Positions 48,993 to 61,800 of a stretch of DNA of 64,000 bases are shown here, piece by piece (position 1 is the stretch's first letter; every line of letters begins with the position of its first letter). The notes below the pieces were generated by a model. The model had not been told where the DNA came from. It searched no databases and saw nothing but the letters and a program-made list of their open reading frames with translations. The stretch is taken from the NCBI GenBank assembly GCA_965649765.1, contig OZ287749.1, positions 87,544,001-87,608,000 on the forward strand. Direction: 5' to 3'. Origin of the DNA: Bispira polyomma (lineage: Eukaryota). The position numbers were made by a program, and so were the translations under genes.

Positions 48993-51263
48993 ACTTCAAT
49001 CCACTTTCCAAGCTGCTTCTATCATCCCTTCTACATTCTCTTCCATTGTCCCTTCCTCTATTTAGTTGGGTTTGGGCTTATCTCAAAATCTCATATTTTA
49101 TAATATTTCAATATGCCTTTTACCGCTCCCTGTATATACATACTAACTTGTACAGAATAAATACCTCAAACTGTATCATAGTCCTTATTCAATTTTTTAT
49201 TATTAACTTTCACCACTTTGGGAACTATTACTAGCACGACCCCTTTAGGGGGCCTGCTGACTCAGTTCCTGATCACTTTATTTCCTCCTTTTAAAAACTA
49301 ATCTTGTTTTTCTTTTTTGTCCTCCTCTGATTACCACCGCATGATTTAGTAATTTTGGTCCCCACACAGGCACCATTTTAAACCAAGAAGTTAACGGGTA
49401 AACATTACATCCCTTATTGGGAAGTTGTTTTCCTGTGATGGGTTAAAAAATCTGCACACGCAATTTCATTGGAAATTCATTGAATTTTCCAATTATGTTC
49501 TCATATTTCAAAAATAGCCATATACACTTAAGTTTGATTAATTTAACCATCACTGTCGATAACCAGTGACTGTTTCTATTTTCAGAAAAGAATTGCGGTA
49601 TTTAACAAAAAAAGTTTAAAATATATTTATCAATGGAAATATTTTGTTAATTTGGTGTAAAAATAAAGAAGACAATATTTCATCTAAACTGGCCCTATAT
49701 TTACATAATGACAGCGGATTAATATGCATAAAATGTGGTAAATTGTGTTACACCGTTGATAACCAGTAACTCAAGAATACTTTCACCTACATTTTCGATT
49801 CTGGGTTAAAAATGCTTTGTATGTTTAAAATTTAATATATCATCTTCAAAAATAAAAGTTTCCAAATCCAATTTTAATATTTTTGTTTTCTTGTCAGCTG
49901 TTATAGCTCTCGAAATGATCTTCACCCGAAACTGACGTAGTACTTCATTGTCTGGGTTTACGTTCTGATTGGTCCTGTGATGAGGTGTTTCTTCCTCCAA
50001 TGAGGAAGGAAATACTGCCATTATAAATATTTCGAAACAATATTTTAAAATGTGTACATCTCGGTGAGTTTGGGACGGTATATTATATTTAATTTTATTT
50101 AATTTTTGTATGGTTTTCGCCGTATTTGCACCGCCATTTATTCCTTGTTATATATAGCTGGGAAATACCCAGACTTTCCGCCAATCACGTCTCGCCTACA
50201 ACTATATCATGTATATGCTTATATGGGCCCATAACAGCTTTCAGAGCCAGCTATTTTATATATTTTGAAACAATATTTTAAAATGTGTACATCTCAGCGA
50301 GTATGGGACGGAATTTAATTTTGTAGAAAGTTTCAGAAAGTGTATAAATTACTCTTTATAGTCATATGAATCCTTAATTGTAGCTTTACTGGTAACTTTG
50401 TTGATTTTCGGAAACAGACACGAGAGAGATCTGCATTTGCTATAAAATTGTTGTCTCGACTTTTTGGTCAATTTTGCGTCTTCGTAAGAATAAATAAGGA
50501 TAATAATCTTTAGAATAAAGAGGATATCGATCGCGTCACTGCGCCTGTTTGGAAAATCATGTGTTCTTACTCCGTACTTTACTTTCATTAAAAAAAAAAA
50601 CACGAAAACTATCCATCAATGAAACAGATGTTGAGATCACTCAATTTATTCCACAAAGATGGAAAATTGTGTAGAAGAAAAACAGAAAAAGGGCTGTTTC
50701 TCTCTTATTTCTATCGGTATTTACACCAAATTACAAATGTATTGTCTCTGAAACAGACCAAATATGTATGCAAAATATGTAAGCTGAAGTCATTGTAAGT
50801 CCTGAGATTATGTTGTCCCCAATTGTTGCCATGCCAACAACCACCACAAGCACACTAACATATTAGGTGTGATTAACAACAAATATAATAAAAGGGACAT
50901 TCATATACATTTTTTTTAAGAAAGTATTGATCAATAAATTTGTAAATCATGAAAGGTAAATATAAGATATATTTCAAGAAAGCTTTAGTAAACTACTTTC
51001 TTCAATTTAAAACATAAATTGAATTTATCAAAATAACATGCATGACAGAAAAGTTGCTTTCATATTGTGTCGAGTTACTTTTATTATATAATATTCTCAT
51101 TGTAACACTTAATTGTGTGTGCTGTACACAACAAATAAAAAAAAAAATAAAAAAGTACAAAATATAAATTTTTTATAAACCTGAGCGTACATGATTAATA
51201 AAATATGTCAACTTTTAATTATGTTACCACTTGTTAAAATTGCTGTATATGATAAAGATATGT

Positions 51264-54200
51264 TTATCTTTTTTTAGGGAATGCCCACACAGTGTCCATA
51301 ACTTTCTTATATCCACATTTGGTATGTAGCCAGTATGATTCCTCCGATCTTGTGTACAAATAGGATACTTCTCCAGGTTTAATTGTTTGCCTTGTCAATT
51401 CGGTGACCAAAAATTGAGCTATTCCCTTCCTTCGGTGATCAGGGATAACCCTTAAAAGCCCAATCGTACCATTCTCCATCTGAATCATATAAGCTGCTAA
51501 AGTACCATCATCTGTTTGAATCGCCAGAGAACGGAAGTTTTTTATAAGCCAACAAATATATGCTTCTGTTTCCTCAGTGGAATAAGGCCATGCCTGTGCT
51601 ATTAGTTGTGCTTCATTCTCTGTTAGTGTGGATAGGGTATACCCATCAGGGAGATTACTTCAAATTTGCAGAAAATATATGGATGAAATATATTGCCAGG
51701 ACTTAAGACTTTATAAACACGGTTTATGTACAAGAAGAAAAATTGCACTTTTTTTACAATTCTGAAGCAATACTGGATTATACTTTACTTAAACAGCTAC
51801 ATTATACTTTAGGAAAGCTGTATCTTAGATTTACCAATCCTATCCTTATCAATATGACAATATACAATTATTAGTTGATCTAGAGATCACGAAGTATTTC
51901 AAGCAAACCTAAATTATCAGTATACAACAAACAATATTATATTCAGCTACACAGTTTTAAGCAAACATAAATTCTCATTCACCGCTAAGATTCATTAGTG
52001 TACCTTTCATTACTTAAGCACAGCTAGGAAAATTTATTAATTATTTGTAGAACAATACAAAAACCTTTATTTTATATTAACTTCACTCACAATTTGGGTA
52101 AATTTGTAATTTTAGCCTCAAGTACAGGATGTGTTTCTATTTTTAAGGGATATCCTTTAATTGCTGCAAATTCTTGAACAACATCTTCAAAATACTTTGA
52201 GGCTGTAAAAGACAAAAAGAAAAATAGCACAACTATTGTCTGTGTTAGCTCTGAATAGGATCATTCAGTTCTGTATTGTGGCCTTGTGGGAAACACACTC
52301 ACTATAGAACACAAAGTACCTGGGTTCAATCCCAGTCTGGTGCGACCAAGGTACGGATGGATACAAAGTGACACTAATGACAAGTTAAATAGCTCCCCCT
52401 CCCTTTTAGTTAGGGGAATGACTGTACTGGCGCAGATTAGCTGTATTTGATCAGTCAAAAAGGTTAATAAGTAGTAATAAATTTGAATACAAGTATGAAT
52501 TTATATTTAGGCATTTAATGCCATAATTGCATTTTAACACTGAATCCTAATATACAGATTGAATTACTTCTGACATTTACAAGTTTTGTTAGCACTGGAT
52601 CTGATGATAACTAACATATTTAACTATTCCATGTATGTCTGCCTTTTTGTCAGCAACCAGATAGGAAACATCATACATCGTATGTCTTAATCCACAGGTA
52701 TGTGAAAAAAATGATATCTACTCCCATGCTCTACACATTATGCACAAAACAATGAAATAGAACTCTTACAACAAAATACTAGATGTATGTCCCACTGAAT
52801 TTCTGCACTGATATCTAGTAGAAGGTGCTTCAGCTTTTCATGACATTTTCCATAACATGTTACGTAACCATTCCGAAATCTACTCCCTGCTTTCTGTAAA
52901 ATATAAAAATAATTGAATTAGATTCTACCCACCACATATAAAAGATATAATTTGTTCATCAGGCCATAGTTTGCATAATAACTTATTTAAAATAAGTCTT
53001 CTAATGGTCTTTATGTTGAGGGACTTCATATGCAAAGAATTTGGTATTTAATACTAGATTTTTGTTACCTGACTTCAACTGAGTGGCTTAATTTGCAATA
53101 AAATTTAAGAATTTCTAAGATTAAGCGAATCATTTAAAAAAAGCCACATCCGATGGAGCTTACAACAAAGAAAGTTTGTATGAAAACAAATAAGTTCCCT
53201 TCAAGGACTTCTTATCTCTATGTATCTTGCCCAGGTAAAAAATTTCTGCTTATATTCACAATGAGGCCAAAATCTTGCAAAAACAAGATATTATTTTGAT
53301 AAATCTTTTAAAAAAGACAAATTTCACTTTCAAAGCCAAAAAAAAAATTGTCCTTATGGCAACTTATATTGGTAGGCAAGCAAGCAATGCATTTCAACTA
53401 ACTTTGCAGATGGTAACATAGCCATGCACTTTTGAATGCTTTTGTTTCACCTTACCTAAAATGTAAACAGCCATTAACAATTATAATGGCAGTCAAAAGA
53501 AACAATTTAACAGAAATCTAAAACCTAGAAAAAATGTATCTCCATACTAGACCTTTCGTTCAGGCATATGTTTTCAGAACCGACCATGGAGATGGAAAAT
53601 TATATTTTTGCTTTAATTTGAACAGAAGTATAGCTTATCCCCCGGCGCGCTCTATGTTGCTGACCCTTTTTCTGTCCCTTGATTTTGGAAATTGGATAAC
53701 TGTCTTTTGTGCTGGTGTGCCTTAGAGTCCCCTTTGTTAAGGAGGGATTAGGCGCAATAAAAGTCTAATTACAATTACAATTAGAGATAACGGGCAAATA
53801 CTGTCTGTACTGCAGGTAATCATTTGAATAAACCTTAGGCTCAACATACCTGAGTAATTTCACCTTTTTGAATAACTGATACAGCAGCAGAGAAATCTGG
53901 GAAGTCATCTACAAAGAAATTCCTGTGAACATGGCCCAATAATGTGGATCTAACATCACCAAGAATCTGCCAATCAAAATTAAGAACGTTTAATATCGGA
54001 ACACCTATTGAGGGCATGACTTTATTTGCCTACCAGAAGGTTTTGATAAAAAAATATATTGATAATAGAAACTAATAAGAAAATGTTAAGAAAATACAAG
54101 TTTGATTATTGAGGTTCTACTTTATGAATTATGAATTTTTAATGTGCTTTATTGATGCTAAGCATCTTCTATAGGCTTTAGCATTAAGAATTAATTGAGT

Positions 54201-54517
54201 ATCCATCTTTAATCCTGTGTCATCAACTTCTTTACTACTCGTCTGTAGCAGGACGCCAATATAAGTGGCCATTTAAGTCACTATGTACTGCCCATATGTG
54301 AAAGATTGAATGCAGGTCATCTGTATTCCTAAGTGAGTGTACCCAAAAAGCCACAGTTTCACATATAAAGTGCAGAGTTTAAAAACTCCACATAGTACAA
54401 ACTATATAACTGTATGTATTACATTACCTTATAACTGTAATCTATACCAGGAGATACTCCAAGCTCCAATAACATCTTCTCAAATACAGCAAGCTCATCG
54501 AAGGGTAATTGTTTCAT
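51264..54517 (-). CDS. Glycine N-acyltransferase-like protein (GLYAT family, GNAT fold), paralog B, 278 aa; coding exons 54517-54428, 53966-53850, 52893-52770, 52202-52091, 51657-51264
   Basis: Five GT-AG-bounded exons (90+117+124+112+394 = 837 nt; phases 0,0,1,2 as in A2) give an open frame: MKQLPFDELAVFEKML.../ILGDVRSTLLGHVHRNFFVDDFPDFSAAV.../KAGSRFRNGYVTCYGK..IQWDIHLVFC/SSKYFEDVVQEFAAIKG.../NLPDGYTLSTLTENEAQLIAQAWPY...VIPDHRRKGIA...KCGYKK. Confidence 0.9.
52277..52420 (+). mobile_element. tRNA-derived SINE fragment in GLYAT-B intron 3
   Basis: A-box-like TGGCCTTGTGG and B-box-like GGTTCAATCCC. Confidence 0.55.
53620..53783 (+). mobile_element. L2 LINE 3' tail in GLYAT-B intron 2
   Basis: AYPP-coding end, 3' UTR with AATAAA and an (ATTACA)n tail. 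Confidence 0.5.
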
Positions 54518-56323
54518 GATGTTTGCTCGAATACACAGTACAAAAAAAACCGTTAAATTTGTATCAAATTAAATCACACCATTAATAATGGAAATGTGTC
54601 CTCTAGCGGAAGCATCATAGACGACTCTAATAAAAGTATACCTACATATTTGTTTCATCAGTGCCTGCATCTTTAGCGTTATTTATAGTAATCCTGACTT
54701 GAACTTGACACTTCTTCAAACAATGGCTGAAACAAACACTGCAGTAAGGCCATTAAAGCTTAAACTACACAAATTTCACTGCATTTAATGTCACAGTCAA
54801 TCTGACTACACATACTTGCCATATGGTACTGCCCCAATCCAACCACTACAGAGGTAAGTTTGTAATTATATCTCTGCCAATTATAAGGTTAATGGTAATC
54901 CATCTATTGAAGGACACGTATTCTGTGCTATCTGCTTCAGTACTTTGGACTTCCAATGTCAAGTTTTTTTCATATTTTTCATCAGTCTCCATTCTCCACT
55001 TTTGGTGTGTTATCAATGTTACCACAAATAGCAGTTGAGAGTATTATGATACCCTAGACCAGCAAGTAGGGACAGACTTCTCTTGTTTGGAACTGTATCT
55101 GCACTAAGAACAGATGACTATGTGTTTACATGGGTAGACACTAGACAGCACTAAATTTCTGAAGAAAATTTTTATAAAAGTTGGTAACACATTAGGTATG
55201 CAGAGAACCTGGGATTCGATCCCAGCCTGGAGCCTTACAAGTACAGGTATATACAGGGGACTTGGATGACCACTTAATCGTTCATCTGTCAAAAGGTCAT
55301 ATCCACAATGGCAGGCTAAAGAACTATAGATTCTCAAACTTCTTGACAATAATGAATAATATTGTGACTTGGGACAGCAGTATTTCTCGGATTATTCAGA
55401 CATTATTGTATTTGAATTTTATCTTTAAATATAAATGGTAAATTATAGTACGACTTGGAGGGCATAATATAGAAAACTAATGATGATAATGACGCTGTCA
55501 ATTTAAGAACATGGGTGAACCATAGGAAAGCAAAATCAGAAGACCAGAGTTTGATACTAGCCTCACCCTCCCTATTACCAGCATAGTGGTACGGATGACA
55601 CCTTAAAATTACAGCTCTCTGTCATTAGGCCATATCCCAGTAACAGACTAAAAGAGTTTGGGACATTGTTAAATGGTCATCCCTAAAACCTTGGTCTATT
55701 TCTGTGGAAATTTTACATAAAGCTGTTTTTTTTAAGGAAATATGCTACACCTGGACAGTCCATACGTCATCTGCATCCCTTATGCTTTATCTATCAGGCC
55801 AAGAAAAGTCTACATATATGAACAATAATAATCAAATTAAAATCCAAATTAAGGCAGATAAATTAGGGTTTTTCGAATTAAGTCCCAGCAATTTTTGTAT
55901 GGCTTATGTAACATAAACAAACGTATACAAATAGAGCCAGCAAAGCTAGTGTCAAGTTTCCCACATACATGACAATGCAGAGAAACCGAAGACTGCAAAG
56001 ATAATTTTTGCTATTTTCGCTTGTCCAGGTAAGTGTCTTCTACATTGTTGACAGTAAAAACTGCAATTTTTTTCAGTGTTTCTTTATAGTCTTTACTATT
56101 ATATTTAGGGGACCTGTTCTACAGACTTAATGCTACATATTGGGTCCCCTTTTGGCATTACTTTATTTATGTAATGCTATTAATGGCCCCCACAGCAAAT
56201 TAAATGTTTTGTGAGCCGTTGATGATTTGAAGCAATAATATTCCCAATAATTAATGCCATGACAATAAATAAATTATTTAATTCACGACAATATTCCAAG
56301 TTAACTAAAGGATTTCTCATCAA

Positions 56324-58857
56324 AACTAGAAAACGGTCTTTGATAACAAAAACGAAGCGTCCCTAAAGTTAAAATAATAATGAAATTGTTTAGTGTACAA
56401 GGTTTGATATTGTTTAAAAGTTGACATATAAGCAGAATCAGCACTTTTGGTCAAATATAAGCTCGAAATCGCTCTATATAGCACCATTTCCGAGATAACA
56501 GACATTTTCGAAAAAGATGCAGAAATTGAAGATGGTTGCCCAAATCAAAAATTACTTCAAAAGTTTACATATAAGGAAAATCAGCCCTGTTGGTCGAAAA
56601 TGAGCAGAAATTCAAGATGGCCACCAAAATCAAACTTTTTTTAAAAGTATAAATATAAGCAAAAACAACCCTGAGGGTCGAAAATGAGCTCGAAATTGCT
56701 CTATCTAGCACCGTTTTATAACGGACATTTTCGAAAAAAGCACAGAAATTCAAGATGGCGGCCAAAATTAAAATTTTTTTGCTTTATCTAGCACCGTTTC
56801 TGAGATAAAGGACATTTTCGAAAAAGACGCAGAAATTCAAGATGGCCGCCCAAATTGAACATTCTTTTAAAGTTTACATATAAGCAAAATCAACCTTGAG
56901 GGGTGAAAATAAGCTCGAAATCGCTCTATCTAGCACCGTTTCCGAGATAACGGACATTTTCGAAAAAGAAGCAGAAATTCAAGATGGCCGCCAAAATTGA
57001 AAATTTTTTGAAAGTTTACATATAAGCAAAATCAACCCTGGGTTCGAAAATGAGCTCGAAATCGCTCTATCTAGCACCGTTTCCGAGATAATGGACATTT
57101 TCGAAAAAGACGCAGAAATTCAAGATGGCCGCCAAAATAAATTTTTTTTTCAAAAGTTTACATATAAGCAAAATCAACCCTGTGAGTTGAAAATGAGCTC
57201 GAAATCACTCTATCTAGCACAGTTTCCGAGATAACGGACATTTTCGAAAAAGACGCAGAAATTCAAGATGGCCGTCAAAAATGGAAATTTTTTTGAAAGT
57301 TTACATATAAGCAAAATCAACCCTGGGTTCGAAAATGAGCTCGAAATCGCTCTATCTAGCACCGTTTCCGAGATAATGGACATTTTCGAAAAAGACGCAG
57401 AAATTCAAGATGGCCGCCAAAATAAAATTTTTTTTCAAAAGTTTACATATAAGCAAAATCAACCCTGTGAGTTGAAAATGAGCTCGAAATCACTCTATCT
57501 AGCACAGTTTCCGAGATAATGGACATTTTCGAAAAAGACGCAGAAATTCAAGATGGCCGCCAAAATTGAAAATTTTTTGAAAGTTTAAATATAAGCCAAA
57601 TCAACCCTGTGAGTTGAAAATGAGCTCAAAATCACTCTATCTAGCACCGTTTCCGGGATAACGGACATTTTCAAAAAAGACGCAGAAATTCAAGATGGCC
57701 GCAAAAATTGAAAATTTTTTGAAAGTTTACATATAAGGAAAATCAACCCTGTGGGTCGAAAATGAGCTCGAAATCGCTCTATCTAGCACCGTTTCCGAGA
57801 TATTGGACATTTTCGAAAAATACGCAGAAATTCAAGATGGCCGCCAAAATTGAAAATTTCGTGAAAGTTTACATATAAGCAAAATCAACCCTGTGGGTCG
57901 AAAATGAGCTCGAAATTGCTCTATCTAGCACCGTTTCCGAGATAATGGACGCTTTAAAAAAGCCTTAATTTTTAAAATTTTTGAAATTGAAATCGTTTTA
58001 TCTCAGTAACGATCGCATATTTTTGGATGGGGTAAAAAATAAATAAAAATTCAGGCTATTCTTTAAAAGTTACGCGCTGCATGTACTGGTCTAAAATTAA
58101 AAATAAAAAAAATCCTCAGACACTCAAAAAAGCACCCATCAACACATTTTTTTCCCCATTTTGTATGATTGATCGACCCTGTCAATCAGTCAATTATCAC
58201 CAGATTGGTTTAAAAATTTACGGACATCTATGCTTTGGTATTTGCAATGAGCATGCTAAATTTCATCGAACTATGACAAGTACTTCAAAAGAAAAGTTGA
58301 TAAAAGTGCAAGATAGAGCAAAATAGAGCCAACTACTCATTTGAAGTACTCAGTACTCATTGAGTACTGGACTTAGAACTGTGAGATTTTTACATCATAC
58401 ATAAAATCAAAAAGTAGATGAATAACTTATACCAAGAAAAAGCCGAAATCCCAATAGTTTCTGAGATAGCAAAAAAGTACTGATTTTTCGCATTTCAATA
58501 AAAATCAATCGGTTGGCAATCGGTCAATTATCATCAGATTATTCTCATCAGCGTCTCCCGTCCTGAAAATTGCCTTACCAATGTACATACCAAATTTCAT
58601 TGAGCTATGATGAATACTTTCTGAGAAAACCTAGTGACAAGCACTTTTACACCCCCAGGGTAACCTGACATTTAAGTAGGCCAAAGTTTAAAGCCAAGAA
58701 TATCAAAAAAATTTCCCACTCCTGGTTAAGAGAACTGCCAAAAATAATTTTGATGCAGATAATATTGAAAGAGATATTCAAGGAAGACCATGCGGCGGCG
58801 GCGGCGAGGAAACCAGGGGTGAAACCAAATAAGCGCCCTTTTCAAGGGACGCTTAAT
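56324..58857 (-). mobile_element. Non-autonomous Helentron-associated element (HINE/DINE-1-like)
   Basis: Subterminal inverted repeats AAGCGTCCCT (56355-56364) and AGGGACGCTT (58845-58854). The latter is in the hairpin AAGCGCCCTT-TTC-AAGGGACGCTT next to a (GCG)n microsatellite. The opposite end is AACTAG; an internal tandem array is present. Confidence 0.8.
56400..57955. repeat. 142-bp satellite array (~11 monomers) inside the HINE
   Basis: AGAAATTCAAGATGGCCG starts at 56831, 56973, 57114, 57257, 57399, 57542, 57684 and 57826 (spacing 141-143). Confidence 0.97.
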
Positions 58858-58859
58858 TA

Positions 58860-61800
58860 TGTGTGCTTGCTTAATTTTATTTGTAAATTAATATTGACAA
58901 CAAATCGTATTTACAATCCTTTACAAGGCGGGCGTCTACTGCTCCTGTAAGTTTAATTCTTCTTGGTGTACCACTAAATATTTAATGCTGCATTTAATTT
59001 AGCAGTACACGGGTGGTGCTGACACCTAGGTTATTATTTAAATTATTATATAAAGGTTAAAGACAGTTATAAATATCCTTTAAAAAATTTATATGTGAAC
59101 ATGTACTCTAGTTACAAAGTACTCACTAGATGGGGACCTCTTGTGAAAGTTTGACATTAAATATTGTGGTGAAACCAGGGTTTGGCTTTTAGTACGAACC
59201 CCAACCGCAGAGCGTCGAAGTGATATAAAAGGTCAAGGGCAGTCTGAAATCGTGGTAGTTCAAACCAAAAGGAGCGCCATATTGGAAAAGCCTTATATTC
59301 TTAGCCTTTGCTGTTGGAAACCAACAGTCGAGGCATTCTACAAATACAAGAGACTACACAGTTAGTTGACTGTGTATATAACAGTGATTAGAGCCAGCTC
59401 TGTGAAGTGTTAACAACACAAGCTTCAGGGCTGGAGCAATAACATATTAGCGCCCAGTTTAGTACACAAAAGTTTACTTTATTGGTATAAGAAGTGTGTG
59501 AAGACTCACATTTCTGTTTTCTAGTACTAGTGAAGATATTTGTAGTAATTTATACACTGTTTTTGCTTGAAAATTCACGCTAATTTCAAGTGTATAATTA
59601 GCGAAAAAACGGCTATTTCGAGTGTGTTTTTGCAGAAAATTACACCAAAAACTGCTGATTTTTGTATCTAAAAGTATTGTAAATGTAATTATATCACTTT
59701 CTTGCAAGAAATTTGATTAGTGAAGGTGATTTATAGCAGTTTTGTGGCAAAATATACAATTTAACAGTGTGTAAACTTGCCATATTGCATTGTGATTACT
59801 GTGTGCACTGTGTTTGAAATAATTCAAGATAATTCATAATGGGTCAGTGCCGATTGAATTATATTGATATTGGGTACTGAATTATTGCTGAAATTTTGAT
59901 GTATATTCTATGGAATTTCGGCTGGTGAATTGTTTGTCTTGAGTTAATCAGTGTAGTATTGATAAACTTGGTGCACCCAGTTGTCGATATATTTGACACA
60001 TTTAATGTGAAATTTGGCAATACTGGTGAATCGAATTATTTCAGTTATTCATCGGTAATTTGAATTAATAACTGGTCGTAGGTTATTGGTTCTTGTTGAA
60101 ATTTTTTGGTGGTGTATATTTATGCCATTGAAATATATTTGAAATCATTTATAAATATAAACTTGTAGTTTCACCATATTTTGGTTGACTACGGTGCAGA
60201 TAAAATAGAGAACCAGTAATCGAAAACGGTTTTCGCCAGATTTTTTATAAATTTGGTGGAGATTAATAGTCAGTTACTATATATATATATATATATATTG
60301 ATATTATACAGTGCAACAAATTTGAATTATAATTTGTTAAATCTGTCGACAGCAGTAACACTTGAATTTAATTACTGTATCGATAGAAGTGACAGTTAAA
60401 TAAATCACTGTGTTGTCAGCAGTGACTATTGAAAATTAAACTGTCGATAAATCACTGTATTGTTTGAATTATACTAATAGAAGTACAGAATTTTGTAAAT
60501 TAGTAGGTTTTCGCCATATTTTTGGTTCAGTGGAAATTGGTGGAAATAGTGTTATATATTTTGTAACTGATAAATTGATATTGAAGTAAATTAATTACAA
60601 GCTAGAATATTTTTACTGAACGCTTAATTCAGGTAAATTTTTATTGAAATTAGAAATTTATTATATTTCATTAGAACTCAGATAAATTTTATAGCTGTAT
60701 TGATAATATACCAGTATAATTTTGATAAATTATTTGTTGTTTTGAAATATAATATATGCCATACCAACTTAGTTAATATCAGTTAAGAACAGAAAGTTAG
60801 TGTTTCCATTAGTTAATGCTTCTTTTAGTTAATGGTGGCATACAATATTGCATATATTAAAATTAATTTGAAATAATTAAAAAGAATTGGAAATTTATTT
60901 ATAATTTAGAATTTAAATCTAAAATTGAAATATTTATAATTTGGGAAAAGAAACATAAATTTCAAAAATAATTTCAAAATTGAATAATAATTGTTAATCA
61001 GAGAGTGTGACTGCTTTTGATTAACATAGTTGGTTGCAAAAGGGATATTATCTGATATCCATATAGGAGATTTTAAAAACGATAAAAAAAAATTTTTTAA
61101 ATAGAAAGTAACGCTAGTGAATCAGGGAGTTTACTCTTTTGATTATTGTCAGTTACTTTACATTGCAAATACTTGACACTATCCTTTAGTTGTTAAATTT
61201 GCATGAAACTTAAAGATCATTAAAAAAATAGTTAACAATTTCTAGTAACTGATTTTGCATGAAATTTTGAAATCATTAAAAATTCTAGTATAATTTGACA
61301 GGGTAGAAGACAGATGCATGTGCACTATTCCAATTAGAATAAGTGTTAAAATGTAACTAGTTATTAAATTATTTATAGTGAATTACAAATCCCTATTATT
61401 GACTGGAACTGTTATATTTACACTTTTGGAAAAACAAAAATGTCAAACGATTTTGCGATATCAAAATGTAGGAATTGCATATTTCAATAGTAGAATGCCA
61501 ACCAAATTAATAAATATTGAAAGCGCTGATGAGCAGGTATTGTCGGAGATTAAATATCTCGGAGAAAAAAGGGTTAAAGAAATATTAACTAAACGCAATG
61601 AATTAGGTGGAAGGATGACCGAAACTGATTTCGATCAGGTCGGCTTGCCAGAACATAGCGTCCGTTCAGCTATAGAATGTATTCAATTTACCGAACAATT
61701 TGAGGGAGCCAGTTTTCCGAAGACACAGTTAGGTACTCCAGAAAATCTACTTTATGAACAAGTGGATAGTTTCTCGTCTGTGCAGGATTCTATGTTTACT

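Noticed and set aside
50027-50311. ~50-bp direct repeat pair around CCAATCA motifs (possible Crypton-like element)
   Set aside because: The repeat is real, but no boundaries or coding remnant support a family call.
56447-57519. Repetitive ORFs in the 142-bp array; CRISPR-like appearance
   Set aside because: The 142-nt period is not a multiple of three and there are no unique spacers; this is a non-coding satellite.
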